From NCBI GenBank assembly GCA_043798935.1, contig JAZDOC010000022.1:15299-79298 (forward strand): DNA of 64,000 nt, read 5' to 3'. The position numbers were made by a program, and so were the translations under genes. How positions within the stretch are numbered: position 1 is the first letter of the stretch; each line of letters opens with the position of its first letter. This document shows positions 44,775 to 55,136 of the stretch, piece by piece. Below the pieces are notes generated by a model. That model had not been told where the DNA came from, did no database searches, and was given only the letters and a program-made list of their open reading frames with translations. Source of the DNA: Patescibacteria group bacterium (GTDB taxonomy: Bacteria > Patescibacteriota > Patescibacteriia > UBA9570 > JAHJKD01).

Positions 44775-46463
44775 ATGAAAGATAATTGGAACGTAGTGGC
44801 AAAAATGCCCGAATCATTAAAGGATAAGTTTCCGGAAATAAATCCGATAATTTTACAATTGCTTTTTAATCGCCAAATAACCGAACAGAAGCAAATTGAA
44901 GAATTCATTACGCCTGATTATTCTACCGATCAAAATTCACCTTTTTTATTTCGCGATATGGAAAAAGTTTTGGCGCGAATCGAGCAAGCTTTATCAAAAC
45001 ATGAAAAAGTAGTTATTCATGGTGATTACGATGCAGACGGAGTTTGTTCGACTTGTTTAATGCATGAAGTTTTAACCGCAATTGGTATAAAAAATTTAAG
45101 CATTTATATTCCGGATCGAGAAACCGAAGGGTATGGCTTGAACATGAACACTATTAATAATTTTATTCAAGCAAAGGTTGATTTAATAATAACTGTTGAC
45201 TGCGGCATAGCTAACGCTAAAGAGATTGCTTATGCATTGGAAAATAAAATTGATACCATCATTACCGACCATCATGCTGAACCGCTTGATATGCCAACTT
45301 CAGCCGTGGCTATTATCGATTCAGCTATTAGTAGTGAGCCGTATCCATTTAAAAAATTAGCTGGGGTGGGCGTGGCCTTTAAAGTTGCCCAAGCATTAAT
45401 AAAAAAATATGAGCTAGGCGAAGGTTTTGAGAAATGGTTATTAGACCTAGTGGCCATTAGCACTATTACAGATTGTATGCCTTTACTTGGCGAAAATCGC
45501 ACTTTGGTAAAATATGGTTTAATGGTTTTAAATAAAACTAAACGCTTGGGTTTATTGGAACTGATCAAAAGTATTGGCAATAATTTTTTAAGTATTGATT
45601 CGCATATTGTTGGTTTTCGTCTTGGTCCTAGATTAAATGCAGCTGGTCGCATGGATCATGCTAATTCTGCTTATCAATTATTAGCCACGAAAGATCCGGC
45701 TGAATCGGTTGATTTATCTAGACAACTCAATCAGTCAAATACAAATCGCCAAAAAATTACCGAGAAAATAACCAATCAAGCTAAAGAACAGATTGCCGGC
45801 GAGATCGACGAGTCAGTCTATTTTGCTTATCATAGAGATTGGCCAATTGGAATATTAGGTTTGGTTGCCGGAAAGATAAGTGATTTATACCAAAAACCAA
45901 CTTTTATTATTACCGAGAACCAGGGCGAGATTACCGGCTCTGGTCGATCCATTGAGCAAATAAATATTATTGAAGCTATTCAGCAATGTGAAGAATATTT
46001 ATCGCGTTTTGGCGGTCATGCCCAAGCCTGTGGTTTCTCGCTGAAAAATGGTGCATCATTATCTGAATTTAAAATAAAATTGCGACGAATCATTGGTGAA
46101 AAAATTAAAAATAAAGTTCTGAAAAAAACTGTGCGTATAGAATCGGAAATAACATTATCAGATATCACCTGGGAATTAATGAATGAGCTGGAAAAATTCA
46201 GTCCCTTTGGCGAGGGCAACCCTAAACCATTATTTTTATTAAAAAATTTAACCATACGTGATTGGCAAATAGTTGGTCAAAACAACAAGCATTTGCGCTT
46301 GATATTCGAACAGGATAATATAGTAAAAAAAGCCATCGGTTTTAATTTCGGTAGTTTTTCGGATCAAATCGATCGCGATAAAAAAATTGATATTGTAGCC
46401 GAGCTGGATGTTAATGAATGGAACGGAAACAAAGAACAACAATTAAAAATCGTTGATATATAA
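44775..46463 (+). CDS. recJ: ssDNA-specific exonuclease RecJ
   Basis: GDYDADG, TVDCG, TDHH, PRLNAAGR, GSGRS, GGH, PFGEGNP. Confidence 0.96.
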   Translation: MKDNWNVVAKMPESLKDKFPEINPIILQLLFNRQITEQKQIEEFITPDYSTDQNSPFLFRDMEKVLARIEQALSKHEKVVIHGDYDADGVCSTCLMHEVLTAIGIKNLSIYIPDRETEGYGLNMNTINNFIQAKVDLIITVDCGIANAKEIAYALENKIDTIITDHHAEPLDMPTSAVAIIDSAISSEPYPFKKLAGVGVAFKVAQALIKKYELGEGFEKWLLDLVAISTITDCMPLLGENRTLVKYGLMVLNKTKRLGLLELIKSIGNNFLSIDSHIVGFRLGPRLNAAGRMDHANSAYQLLATKDPAESVDLSRQLNQSNTNRQKITEKITNQAKEQIAGEIDESVYFAYHRDWPIGILGLVAGKISDLYQKPTFIITENQGEITGSGRSIEQINIIEAIQQCEEYLSRFGGHAQACGFSLKNGASLSEFKIKLRRIIGEKIKNKVLKKTVRIESEITLSDITWELMNELEKFSPFGEGNPKPLFLLKNLTIRDWQIVGQNNKHLRLIFEQDNIVKKAIGFNFGSFSDQIDRDKKIDIVAELDVNEWNGNKEQQLKIVDI

Positions 46464-46473
46464 TTTTAAAAAA

Positions 46474-46890
46474 ATGACAAAATTAATAATTTATACTGAT
46501 GGTGGTGCGCGTGGAAATCCAGGCCCGGCTGGAATCGGTGTTCACATTGTAGACGAGGCTAATCATCTGGTTGGGGATTATAATCAATACATCGGCGAAA
46601 CCACTAATAACCAGGCTGAATATCAGGCAGTTCATTTAGCCATGGAGAAAATTAAAGATCTTGGCATTCAAGAAATAGAATTTTATTTAGATTCATTGTT
46701 GGTAGTTCAACAATTAAACGGTGTTTATAAAATAAAAGATAAAAATTTAGGTGTATGGTTTGTGAAAATTTGGAATCAGAAATTGAAATATAAAAAAATA
46801 AGTTTTACTCATATTCCGCGCGAACAGAACAAAATTGCCGATAAGTTGGTAAATATTGCAATCGACAAAGCTTTAGGGCCTCAAGCTTGA
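46474..46890 (+). CDS. rnhA: Ribonuclease HI family
   Basis: YTDGGARGNPGPAG, TNNQAEY, DSLLVVQQLNG, REQNKIADKL. Confidence 0.9.
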   Translation: MTKLIIYTDGGARGNPGPAGIGVHIVDEANHLVGDYNQYIGETTNNQAEYQAVHLAMEKIKDLGIQEIEFYLDSLLVVQQLNGVYKIKDKNLGVWFVKIWNQKLKYKKISFTHIPREQNKIADKLVNIAIDKALGPQA

Positions 46891-46915
46891 CATTTTCAAG
46901 CTTTTGTAATATATT
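46887..46915 (+). promoter_or_regulatory. rnpB promoter
   Basis: TTGACA-17 nt-TATATT. Confidence 0.65.
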
Positions 46916-46924
46916 ATTAGTGCT

Positions 46925-47304
46925 TAAGTAAGCCGTAAGGTTGCTGTTTTACAATTAAAACAGAGGAAAGTCCGAACACCATTTTAAAGACAGTCGGTAA
47001 CACCGACCGAGATATAAGTGATGGATAGAAAATCTATAGATTTCTGTTCGTCTATAAACTCAGGGAAAGTGCCACAGAGACAATACTATCCTAATGAAAA
47101 TTGGGAGAAAGGTGAAAAGTTTCCGTAAAACGGAATCCACTACCGGTGACGGCTAGTGCGTGGTAAACCCTGTTGGGTGCAAGAGCAAGTTTTTTCCGAT
47201 TAGCGTAAGCAAAGCGGAAAATGGTAGCTCGCATGAGTTTGTTGGCAACAACAAGCCTAGATAGATAACCTTATTTAACAGAATTCGGCTTACAGGTTTG
47301 CTTA
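46925..47304 (+). ncRNA. rnpB: RNase P RNA
   Basis: GAGGAAAGTCC, GAAAGTGCCACAG, GGTAAACCC, AACAGAATTCGGCTTA; P1 helix taagtaagcc/ggtttgctta. Confidence 0.95.
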
Positions 47305-47351
47305 AGCCCCTCTTTGGAGGGTTTGAAACAACAGAACTATTAAATTTTTTC

Positions 47352-48779
47352 ATGAAAAAAACGGAATTAATATTCGGTTTTATTTTATTACCGCTCGACT
47401 ATTTAATGTTAATACTCGCTTCTATGAGTGCGTATTTTTTGCGTTTCGGCGATACTTTTTCCGAAATCAGACCAGTTATTTATGAATTGCCGTTTAAAGA
47501 CTTTTTTTTGGTTTCATTAATTGCATCTTTAGCCTTAATAATTATATTTGCCTGGAATGGCCTTTACAGTATTACCGGTACCAGACGCATCGTCACCGAG
47601 CTTCGTCGAATATTTGTGGCTTGCTCAACCGGAGTTCTAATTGTTATTATTTTAACTTTTTTTGATCGGGAATTATTTTCCTCGCGCTTTATAATCTTAG
47701 CAGATTGGATGCTAAGTATCGTATATGTTTCTTTGGCACGCTATTTCATTATTCAACTGGAAAGATATTTATTTACCAGAGGCATCGGATTACATCGTAT
47801 CGTGGTTATTGGTGATGGTCGAACCGCTCGTTTTTTAAAAAGTACCATTCGCCATAACCGATCATTGGGTTATGTAATTTCCGAAGAATGCGAAACCATT
47901 AATGGCGATATTCTTGATAAATTAAGTAAAATTTTAAAAATTAAATCCATTGATGAAATCATTTTAGCGCAACCAAATTTAAGTAGTGAGGAAAAAAATC
48001 AACTGGTTGAATTTTGTGATGTTAATAATATTTCATTTAAATATGCAGCTGATATGTTCGATTCTAAAGTAGCTAATATTGAAATTCGTCCTTTGGCCGG
48101 TGTGCCCATTGTAGAGATTAAACGAACTCCGCTGGATGGCTGGGGTAAAATAATTAAGCGCGTGATCGATATAATTTTTTCTATTCTCTGGCTGATTTTT
48201 ACTGGCTGGCTGATGTTGATTATTGCTTTAGCCATTAAATTAGATAGCCCTGGTGCAGTGATCTATAAAAATGAAAGAGTGGGCTATAAAGGCAAGAAAT
48301 TCAAGACTTTAAAATTTCGATCCATGCGGAGCGATTACTGCGTGGGTGAAGAATATGGTGATGTAAATAAAGCCTTGGAGTTTGAACAACAATTAATTAA
48401 AGAAAAAAGCATTAAGAGCGGACCAGTTTATAAAATTAAAGATGACCCCCGCGTCACACGAGTTGGCGCATTTATCCGGCGTACATCACTCGATGAATTT
48501 CTTCAGGTTTTTAATGTACTAAAAGGAGAAATGAGTTGGATCGGACCACGACCACATCAACCACGTGAAGTTGAAAAATATGAAAAGCAACATCTAAGCG
48601 TCTTAAGCGTTAAACCCGGCATCAGCGGGTTAGCTCAAATTTCCGGTCGCAGTGATTTAGAATTCAATGATGAAATGAAATTAGATACTTATTATATTGA
48701 AAATTGGAGCCTGGGATTAGATTTATATATTATGTTTAAAACACCACTAGTATTATTTAATAAAAGAAAAGCTTTATGA
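47352..48779 (+). CDS. Polyprenyl-phosphate hexose-1-phosphate transferase (WcaJ/WbaP-like)
   Basis: Four N-terminal TMs, KRVIDI, KFRSM, DDPRVT, RRTSLDE, GPRP, KPGISGLAQ; start set at ATG 47352 to avoid rnpB. Confidence 0.92.
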   Translation: MKKTELIFGFILLPLDYLMLILASMSAYFLRFGDTFSEIRPVIYELPFKDFFLVSLIASLALIIIFAWNGLYSITGTRRIVTELRRIFVACSTGVLIVIILTFFDRELFSSRFIILADWMLSIVYVSLARYFIIQLERYLFTRGIGLHRIVVIGDGRTARFLKSTIRHNRSLGYVISEECETINGDILDKLSKILKIKSIDEIILAQPNLSSEEKNQLVEFCDVNNISFKYAADMFDSKVANIEIRPLAGVPIVEIKRTPLDGWGKIIKRVIDIIFSILWLIFTGWLMLIIALAIKLDSPGAVIYKNERVGYKGKKFKTLKFRSMRSDYCVGEEYGDVNKALEFEQQLIKEKSIKSGPVYKIKDDPRVTRVGAFIRRTSLDEFLQVFNVLKGEMSWIGPRPHQPREVEKYEKQHLSVLSVKPGISGLAQISGRSDLEFNDEMKLDTYYIENWSLGLDLYIMFKTPLVLFNKRKAL

Positions 48780-49876
48780 AAATAGCTCTGGTTCACGATC
48801 ATCTGGCACAAGACGGTGGAGCCGAAAAAGTTTTGGCGGCTTTTCAACAAATTTGGCCCGAGGCACCAACTTATGTTGTTGTTTATAATCCCAAACAAGC
48901 TAATAAAATTTTTGCTAATAAAGACATTAGAACTTCGTTTATTCAAAAATTACCTTGGGGAGTGAAAAAATATAAATGGTATATGCCTTTTTATCCGGCC
49001 GCAGTTGAAGATTATGATTTATCAGATTACGATGTTATTCTTTCGAGCAATTCGGCTTTTGCTAAAGGAATTATTACTAAGCCAAAAACTTTACATATTT
49101 GTTATTGTCATACACCCACGCGCTTTTTATGGAGTGATACACACAGCTATATAAAAGAACTGGGAGTTTCTAAAATCGTTAAGAAAATATTACCTATTTT
49201 TTTAAGTAATATTCGCCAGTGGGATCGTTTAGCCGCTGAACGAGTAGATAAATATATTTCCAATTCCAGTTTAGTTAAAAAGCGCATTGAAAAATATTAT
49301 CATCGTGATAGTGATATCATTTATCCGCCCGTTGAAGTTGAAAAATTTGCTCTTAACAATGAAACCGGGGATTACTTTTTAGCCGGTGGTCGCATTGTGC
49401 CTTATAAAAGATTCGACATTATAGTTGATGCTTTTAATAGGTTAGGTAGACCTTTAAAAATTTTTGGTGATGGTCCGGAATTAAACGCGCTAAAAGCCCG
49501 AGCTAAAAAAAATATTGAATTTCTTGGTCGGGTAGATGACCAGGAAAAAATGAAATTATATCAGAATGCTCTGGCTTATATTAATCCGCAAGAAGAAGAT
49601 TTTGGCATAACCATGCTTGAATCTATGGCTTCGGGTCGTCCGGTTATTGCTTATGATGCAGGGGGAGCCAAGGAAATTATAAACACGAACCTCACTGGTA
49701 TTTTATTTGCTGAACAAACCTGGGAAGATTTAGCTGATGCTGTAGTTAAATTCGATTCTGCAACTTATACGCCATCAGAGATTAGAAAATATGCCGAACA
49801 ATTTAATATTTCGCATTTCAAGCAAAGTATAGAACAATACGTTGAACAAGCTTATCAAGAATTTAATAATAAATAA
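48776..49876 (+). CDS. GT4 glycosyltransferase
   Basis: ALVHD, GGAEKV, YCHTP, EDFGITMLESMASG. Confidence 0.9.
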   Translation: MKIALVHDHLAQDGGAEKVLAAFQQIWPEAPTYVVVYNPKQANKIFANKDIRTSFIQKLPWGVKKYKWYMPFYPAAVEDYDLSDYDVILSSNSAFAKGIITKPKTLHICYCHTPTRFLWSDTHSYIKELGVSKIVKKILPIFLSNIRQWDRLAAERVDKYISNSSLVKKRIEKYYHRDSDIIYPPVEVEKFALNNETGDYFLAGGRIVPYKRFDIIVDAFNRLGRPLKIFGDGPELNALKARAKKNIEFLGRVDDQEKMKLYQNALAYINPQEEDFGITMLESMASGRPVIAYDAGGAKEIINTNLTGILFAEQTWEDLADAVVKFDSATYTPSEIRKYAEQFNISHFKQSIEQYVEQAYQEFNNK

Positions 49877-49878
49877 AT

Positions 49879-50493
49879 ATGGAACTAAAAGAACATTTAA
49901 AAATTTTTAATCAGGGTAAGTGGTTTATTATCGCTTTAGCCGTAGCTGTGGCAGTAGTAAGCTTTCTTTATGCAACTTATCGACCCGACAGCTATAAAGC
50001 TGTTATTTCATTCGACATTAATTTAGTAAATCGAACCGATTCTGCCGACTATCAATATGGTTCATATTACGATTTAAAAGGCGCCGAAATGTTTACGCAA
50101 AATGTTATGAGTTGGTTGCGTACTCCGGCGGTTATTGCCCAAATTTATGAGACAGCCGGCATTGGTTATGAAATCGATAATTTAGATCAGTTCACTAATC
50201 GTTTTACAGCGCGTCAATATGCAGCGCAAAATTTTGTAGTAAGTTATTATGATCCATCAGCCGAAAATGCAAATAAAATTGCAGATGGCATCAGCACAGT
50301 ATTAAATGCAAAAGTTAAAGAATCTAATAAAGATGTCAGCAACAAATCGTTATTCAGTATTATTGCATCTGAACCGGCAATTGTTTTAAGTGAAATTAAT
50401 TTATATTTAATTACTATCTTAGGTTTCATAGTTGGTTTAGTTATTGGGTCGCTTTTAGTTTACTCTCGACACTATTTACGAAACATCAAATAA
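49879..50493 (+). CDS. Wzz/YveK-like polysaccharide co-polymerase
   Basis: MELKEHLKI start, N- and C-terminal TM helices around a periplasmic domain; glycan cluster context. Confidence 0.6.
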   Translation: MELKEHLKIFNQGKWFIIALAVAVAVVSFLYATYRPDSYKAVISFDINLVNRTDSADYQYGSYYDLKGAEMFTQNVMSWLRTPAVIAQIYETAGIGYEIDNLDQFTNRFTARQYAAQNFVVSYYDPSAENANKIADGISTVLNAKVKESNKDVSNKSLFSIIASEPAIVLSEINLYLITILGFIVGLVIGSLLVYSRHYLRNIK

Positions 50494-50502
50494 TTTAAAT
50501 AA

Positions 50503-51624
50503 ATGCTAATTGGCATTGATATTAGATGTTTATTAGAAGCTCAGCCGTCAGGTGTGTCTTTTTATACTCAAAATTTACTGGATAATTTACTGCGTTTAAA
50601 CACCGAACATGATTATTTATTGTTTTATAATTCATTTCAGCCGGTTCATAAAGAAATTATTTCTCGGTTATCAAAATATCCCCGGGTGCAAATAAAAAAA
50701 TTCAGCTACCCTAATAAATTATTTAATTTTTTTACTAATTTTTTACATTGGCCGAAGATCGATAAATTAATTGGCGGCGTGGATGTTTTTTTTGCGCCTA
50801 ATTTACAATTTATTTCTTTATCCAAAGAGTGCCGCGTAGTGGTAACAGTTCATGATTTATCGTTTAATTTATTTCCGCATTTTTTGTCTTTTAAACGCAA
50901 GTTGTGGCATAAATTAATTAATCCGAAAAAGTTTATTCAAACAGCCGATAAAATTATTGCTGATTCATTCAATACAAAAAAGGATTTAATTTCTTTATTT
51001 CAAATTAGCGAAAATAAAATCGAAGTAGTTCATTTAGGAGGTTCTATTAAAAATGAAAATAATAATTCAGAATCATTTTCTGGTAGTCTACCGCAAAACT
51101 ATATTTTGTCGGTTTCAACTTTAGAGCCAAGAAAAAATATTAGTGGTTTAATAGATGCATTTAATATAGTTTCTGCATCACCAAATAATTTTGATTTACA
51201 TTTATTAATTGTTGGTCCAGCCGGTTGGAAAAACAGCGATATTTATAATAAATCTAAAAATAATAGTAAAATAATTTTTTTGGGTTTTGTTGATGAAAAG
51301 GAAAAAACCGCTTTATATAAAAATGCTCGAGCTTTTATTTACCCCACTTTTTACGAAGGTTTTGGATTACCACCACTTGAAGCTATGAATTATCATGTGC
51401 CAATAATTGCCAGCTATAATTCATCTTTGCCCGAAGTGCTGGGAAGTTCTGCCTTGTATGTGAATCCATACAACACTCAAGAAATTGTTGTAGCCATCAA
51501 CGCTGTGTTATTTGATTTGAATTTAAAAAACAATCTTCTGGCTGGCGCGCAGGAGCAAATGAAAAAATTTTCCTGGTCAAAAACTGCAGTCGAAACTTTA
51601 AATATTTTTAATGCTCTTGTATAA
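50503..51624 (+). CDS. GT4 glycosyltransferase
   Basis: IGIDIR, TVHDL, EPRKN, YEGFGLPPLEAM. Confidence 0.9.
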   Translation: MLIGIDIRCLLEAQPSGVSFYTQNLLDNLLRLNTEHDYLLFYNSFQPVHKEIISRLSKYPRVQIKKFSYPNKLFNFFTNFLHWPKIDKLIGGVDVFFAPNLQFISLSKECRVVVTVHDLSFNLFPHFLSFKRKLWHKLINPKKFIQTADKIIADSFNTKKDLISLFQISENKIEVVHLGGSIKNENNNSESFSGSLPQNYILSVSTLEPRKNISGLIDAFNIVSASPNNFDLHLLIVGPAGWKNSDIYNKSKNNSKIIFLGFVDEKEKTALYKNARAFIYPTFYEGFGLPPLEAMNYHVPIIASYNSSLPEVLGSSALYVNPYNTQEIVVAINAVLFDLNLKNNLLAGAQEQMKKFSWSKTAVETLNIFNALV

Positions 51625-51634
51625 TAAGCAGTAT

Positions 51635-52816
51635 ATGCGAATAGGAATTGATGCTCGTTTTTATGGAGGCGAACAATCTAAAGGGTTGGGGCGTTATACT
51701 CAGAAGTTAATCGAGTATTTAATGCACTTAGACCAAAATAACGAATACGTTATTTTTTTACAATCCGAGCAATATAAAAAATGGGCTTGTCCGTATCGCA
51801 ATTTTATTGCCATTGAAGCACCATACCCATGGTATAGCTGGGAAGAACAAGTATTTATGCCTCTGAAAATAAAACAAGCCAATGTAGATTTTATGCATTT
51901 TCCGCATTTCAACGTTCCTCTTTTTTATAATGGTCCGTTTATAGTAACTATTCACGATTTAATTCTTTCTCGTTTTCCCACGGAGCGCGCTACTACACTG
52001 GGTCCGTGGTTATATAAAATTAAACAATTAGCTTATCATCAAGTAATAAAACATGCAGCACTCAAGGCGCAACAAATTATTACCGTGTCCAATTATTCTA
52101 AGCAGGATATTATGGATTATTTTAAAATTTCCGAAAAAAAAATTATTGTCACTTATGAAGCGGCCGATATCATCCCGAGCGATGAAGCTAGTGAAGATGA
52201 TAGTAAAATTATTCTCTCGGGTTTGGGTATCAATAAAGCTTATTTACTGTATGTGGGTAATGCTTATCCGCATAAAAATTTAGAAACTTTGCTTAAAGTA
52301 GTCCATCAATTAAAAAAAGACCATCAATTAAATTGGAAATTAGTTTTAGTTGGCCGGAAAGATTATTTTTACAAACGGCTTGAACAACAAGCCTGGGCTA
52401 TGAATTTAGATCAGGACATTATTTTCACCGGTTTTATAGCAGATAAAGATTTACCGGTTTTGTATCAAAAAGCAACGGCGTATATTTTTCCATCGCGTTA
52501 TGAAGGTTTTGGATTGCCACCACTTGAAGCCATGAGTTACAAAACACCGGTTATTTGTTCAAACCAAGCATGTTTGCCTGAAGTGCTAGGGTCAGCGGTT
52601 TTATATTTTGATTATCAAGATGTATATGGTATAATAGAACAAGTAAAAAATATATTTACAGATATAAATCTCAAACAAGAGCTTATACGTAAAGGACTAA
52701 AACAAATAAAAAAATACAGCTGGGGAAAAATGGCCCGGCAAACTTTAGAAATTTATGCCCAAACAGATCATAGCGTCAAAAACCGTAAAAAAAACGCATA
52801 CGTTAAAACCCATTAA
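51635..52816 (+). CDS. GT4 glycosyltransferase
   Basis: MRIGIDAR, TIHDL, PHKN, YEGFGLPPLEAM. Confidence 0.9.
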   Translation: MRIGIDARFYGGEQSKGLGRYTQKLIEYLMHLDQNNEYVIFLQSEQYKKWACPYRNFIAIEAPYPWYSWEEQVFMPLKIKQANVDFMHFPHFNVPLFYNGPFIVTIHDLILSRFPTERATTLGPWLYKIKQLAYHQVIKHAALKAQQIITVSNYSKQDIMDYFKISEKKIIVTYEAADIIPSDEASEDDSKIILSGLGINKAYLLYVGNAYPHKNLETLLKVVHQLKKDHQLNWKLVLVGRKDYFYKRLEQQAWAMNLDQDIIFTGFIADKDLPVLYQKATAYIFPSRYEGFGLPPLEAMSYKTPVICSNQACLPEVLGSAVLYFDYQDVYGIIEQVKNIFTDINLKQELIRKGLKQIKKYSWGKMARQTLEIYAQTDHSVKNRKKNAYVKTH

Positions 52817-55136
52817 GCTTAGTCCTGGTATACCCAGTAGCAATGTATTAGATTTACGTTCCACTAAACTAGGCTCAAAAGAACACGCGGTTTATACCAA
52901 AGAAAAAAATAAAGCCATTAAAAAAGAAAAGCAAATTAAAAATGGCGGTTGGTTTAAATCTTTATTTTCTTCATCCGCAAAACAAAAGTCACCTAAAGAT
53001 ATTTTAGCCCGTTCTCAAAAAATTCAAGAGCAAATTCAAGAGCGCCAGCAAGAGAAAAAAACTATTGTTAAAAAATCCGAAAAAGTTAAAATTGTTGCTC
53101 AAAAACATCAGCCCGAACCGGCTCCGGTTATCGCATCAGCTGTTTCAAAAACTTCATGGTTCCAGACATCATTCAAGCCGTTGTCTTTTTTTATTATAAT
53201 TTGCTTGATGTTAATCATGCCGTTTGCCTGCATGGCCTTATATTATAAACTAGACGACATTAAAGCCTCAGTTTTTTCTTTGTCATCAAAAGCGCTGGAA
53301 GATATGCAAGTTGGTAGTCAATTAGCGAGTGATTCTAATTTCACTGAAGCTTCAGCTCAATTTAATAATGCTTTGGAAAAGTTTACGACTGCGCAAAACG
53401 AGCTAACAATTTATAATGATACTTTTTCAGCAGTAATTGCATCTTTACCTGGTAAAGGCAAAGAATATAAAAGCGCTCAAAATCTTCTTTCAGCTGCAAC
53501 TCATTTAACCACAGCGGCCGATAATTTAACCACGGCTTTTAACATCTTTAACAAACTAGACAGCGAAGTTCTGAAAAATATTAATGCCACTAATCCGCCT
53601 TCACTTACCGAAATAATCGTGCTCGGTCATGCTAATTTAAAACCCGCCAGTGAAGAAATTGATTTAGCTAACACTGCCCTTAGCCAGGTAGATGCCAACA
53701 AATTGCCGGCTGATTATATCGACAAAATAAATCTTATTAAAGAAGAACTGCCTAAAATAAATAAAAGCTTAAAACAAGTTTTGCAATTATCTGAAGCCAT
53801 GCTAACTATTTTAGGTCATGATCAAGAAAAAAGATATTTGGTAGTGTTCCAAAATAATCGAGAAATCAGAGCTACAGGTGGATTCTTAGGAAGCTTTGGC
53901 GTAATCGATATATCTGGTGGTAAAGTTACAAAAATTGCTATTCCGGGTGGCGGTACTTACGATCTAAATGGAGCTCTAAAAGCTAAAGTTATTTCTCCGG
54001 AACCAATGCATTTAATAAATCCAGCGTGGCAGATTCAAGATGCTAATTGGTGGCCCGATTGGCCGACTTCAGCTCAAAAAATAGAATGGTTTTATAATCA
54101 AAGCGATGGTCCAACAGTAGACGGAGTGTTGGCTCTTACTCCTGATATCATTGAATCAATGCTTGAAATTACCGGCCCCATCGATATGGGCCAGGAATAC
54201 AACATTATTATTGATGCACAAAATTTTTACGATATTGTTCAAACTGAATCTGAGAAAAAATACGATGAAACGCGCGTGCCTAAGAAAATTATTGCCGATT
54301 TAACTCCAAAATTATTAAGCCAACTTTTTTCCTTGGAAAAAGATTCGACTTTATCAGTTTTAGAAGTTTTTTATAATGCCTTGCGGGAAAAAGATATTTT
54401 GTTATATTTTAACGATCCATTTTTAGAAGAGGAGATGATGAATTTAGGCTGGAGCGGATCAATTAAAAATACCGATAGCGATTATTTATCGATTATTAAT
54501 ACAAATATTAGTGGTGGAAAAACTGATGGTGTGATTGAAGAAATTATTAATCATAAATCGGAAATCCAAAGCGACGGATCGATTATCGATACGGTTAGCG
54601 TCACCCGGACACATAAAGGGCATATTGATAACACCTTTACCAGTACTTTAAATTGGGATTATATTCGGGTTTATGTTCCGGAAGGGAGCGAATTATTATC
54701 AAGCTCAGGTTTTAATCAGCCCGATAATAAATTAATTCTTGATACGCCCGAAGGATATACGCTCGATACCGATTTAAAAAATATTTCGGGTGACACCTTT
54801 ATGGAAGAAAATAGTAAAATGAGAATTAATAAGGAATTTAATAAAACAGTTTTTGCCAACTGGCAAAGCTTAGAGCCGGGTGCTAGTAAAACTTATACCA
54901 TCTCTTATAGATTGCCATTTACTTTGCAAACAGGTGGTTGGTTGAAAAACACCGATACTTATAGTTTGCTGGTTCAAAAGCAGTCCGGTAGCTTTAACAG
55001 TTTGTTTAACACAGAGTTAATTTTACCAGATAATTATGCCATTAAATGGCGTTATCCAAAAGATTTTCAAAATTCTTTTAACAGCGTTTTAGATACCGAC
55101 AAATATTTAGGAGTGGTAATTGTTGATCAAAAATAA
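52755..55136 (+). CDS. DUF4012-domain membrane-anchored protein
   Basis: YLVVFQNNREIRATGGFLGS, QDANWWPDWPTSA, NISGGKTD, YIRVYVP, QKQSG. Confidence 0.85.
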   Translation: MPKQIIASKTVKKTHTLKPIKLSPGIPSSNVLDLRSTKLGSKEHAVYTKEKNKAIKKEKQIKNGGWFKSLFSSSAKQKSPKDILARSQKIQEQIQERQQEKKTIVKKSEKVKIVAQKHQPEPAPVIASAVSKTSWFQTSFKPLSFFIIICLMLIMPFACMALYYKLDDIKASVFSLSSKALEDMQVGSQLASDSNFTEASAQFNNALEKFTTAQNELTIYNDTFSAVIASLPGKGKEYKSAQNLLSAATHLTTAADNLTTAFNIFNKLDSEVLKNINATNPPSLTEIIVLGHANLKPASEEIDLANTALSQVDANKLPADYIDKINLIKEELPKINKSLKQVLQLSEAMLTILGHDQEKRYLVVFQNNREIRATGGFLGSFGVIDISGGKVTKIAIPGGGTYDLNGALKAKVISPEPMHLINPAWQIQDANWWPDWPTSAQKIEWFYNQSDGPTVDGVLALTPDIIESMLEITGPIDMGQEYNIIIDAQNFYDIVQTESEKKYDETRVPKKIIADLTPKLLSQLFSLEKDSTLSVLEVFYNALREKDILLYFNDPFLEEEMMNLGWSGSIKNTDSDYLSIINTNISGGKTDGVIEEIINHKSEIQSDGSIIDTVSVTRTHKGHIDNTFTSTLNWDYIRVYVPEGSELLSSSGFNQPDNKLILDTPEGYTLDTDLKNISGDTFMEENSKMRINKEFNKTVFANWQSLEPGASKTYTISYRLPFTLQTGGWLKNTDTYSLLVQKQSGSFNSLFNTELILPDNYAIKWRYPKDFQNSFNSVLDTDKYLGVVIVDQK

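Noticed and set aside
47153-47353. 66-aa minus-strand ORF and the extended 5' end of the sugar transferase
   Set aside because: Overlap RNase P RNA; the sugar transferase more plausibly starts at 47352.
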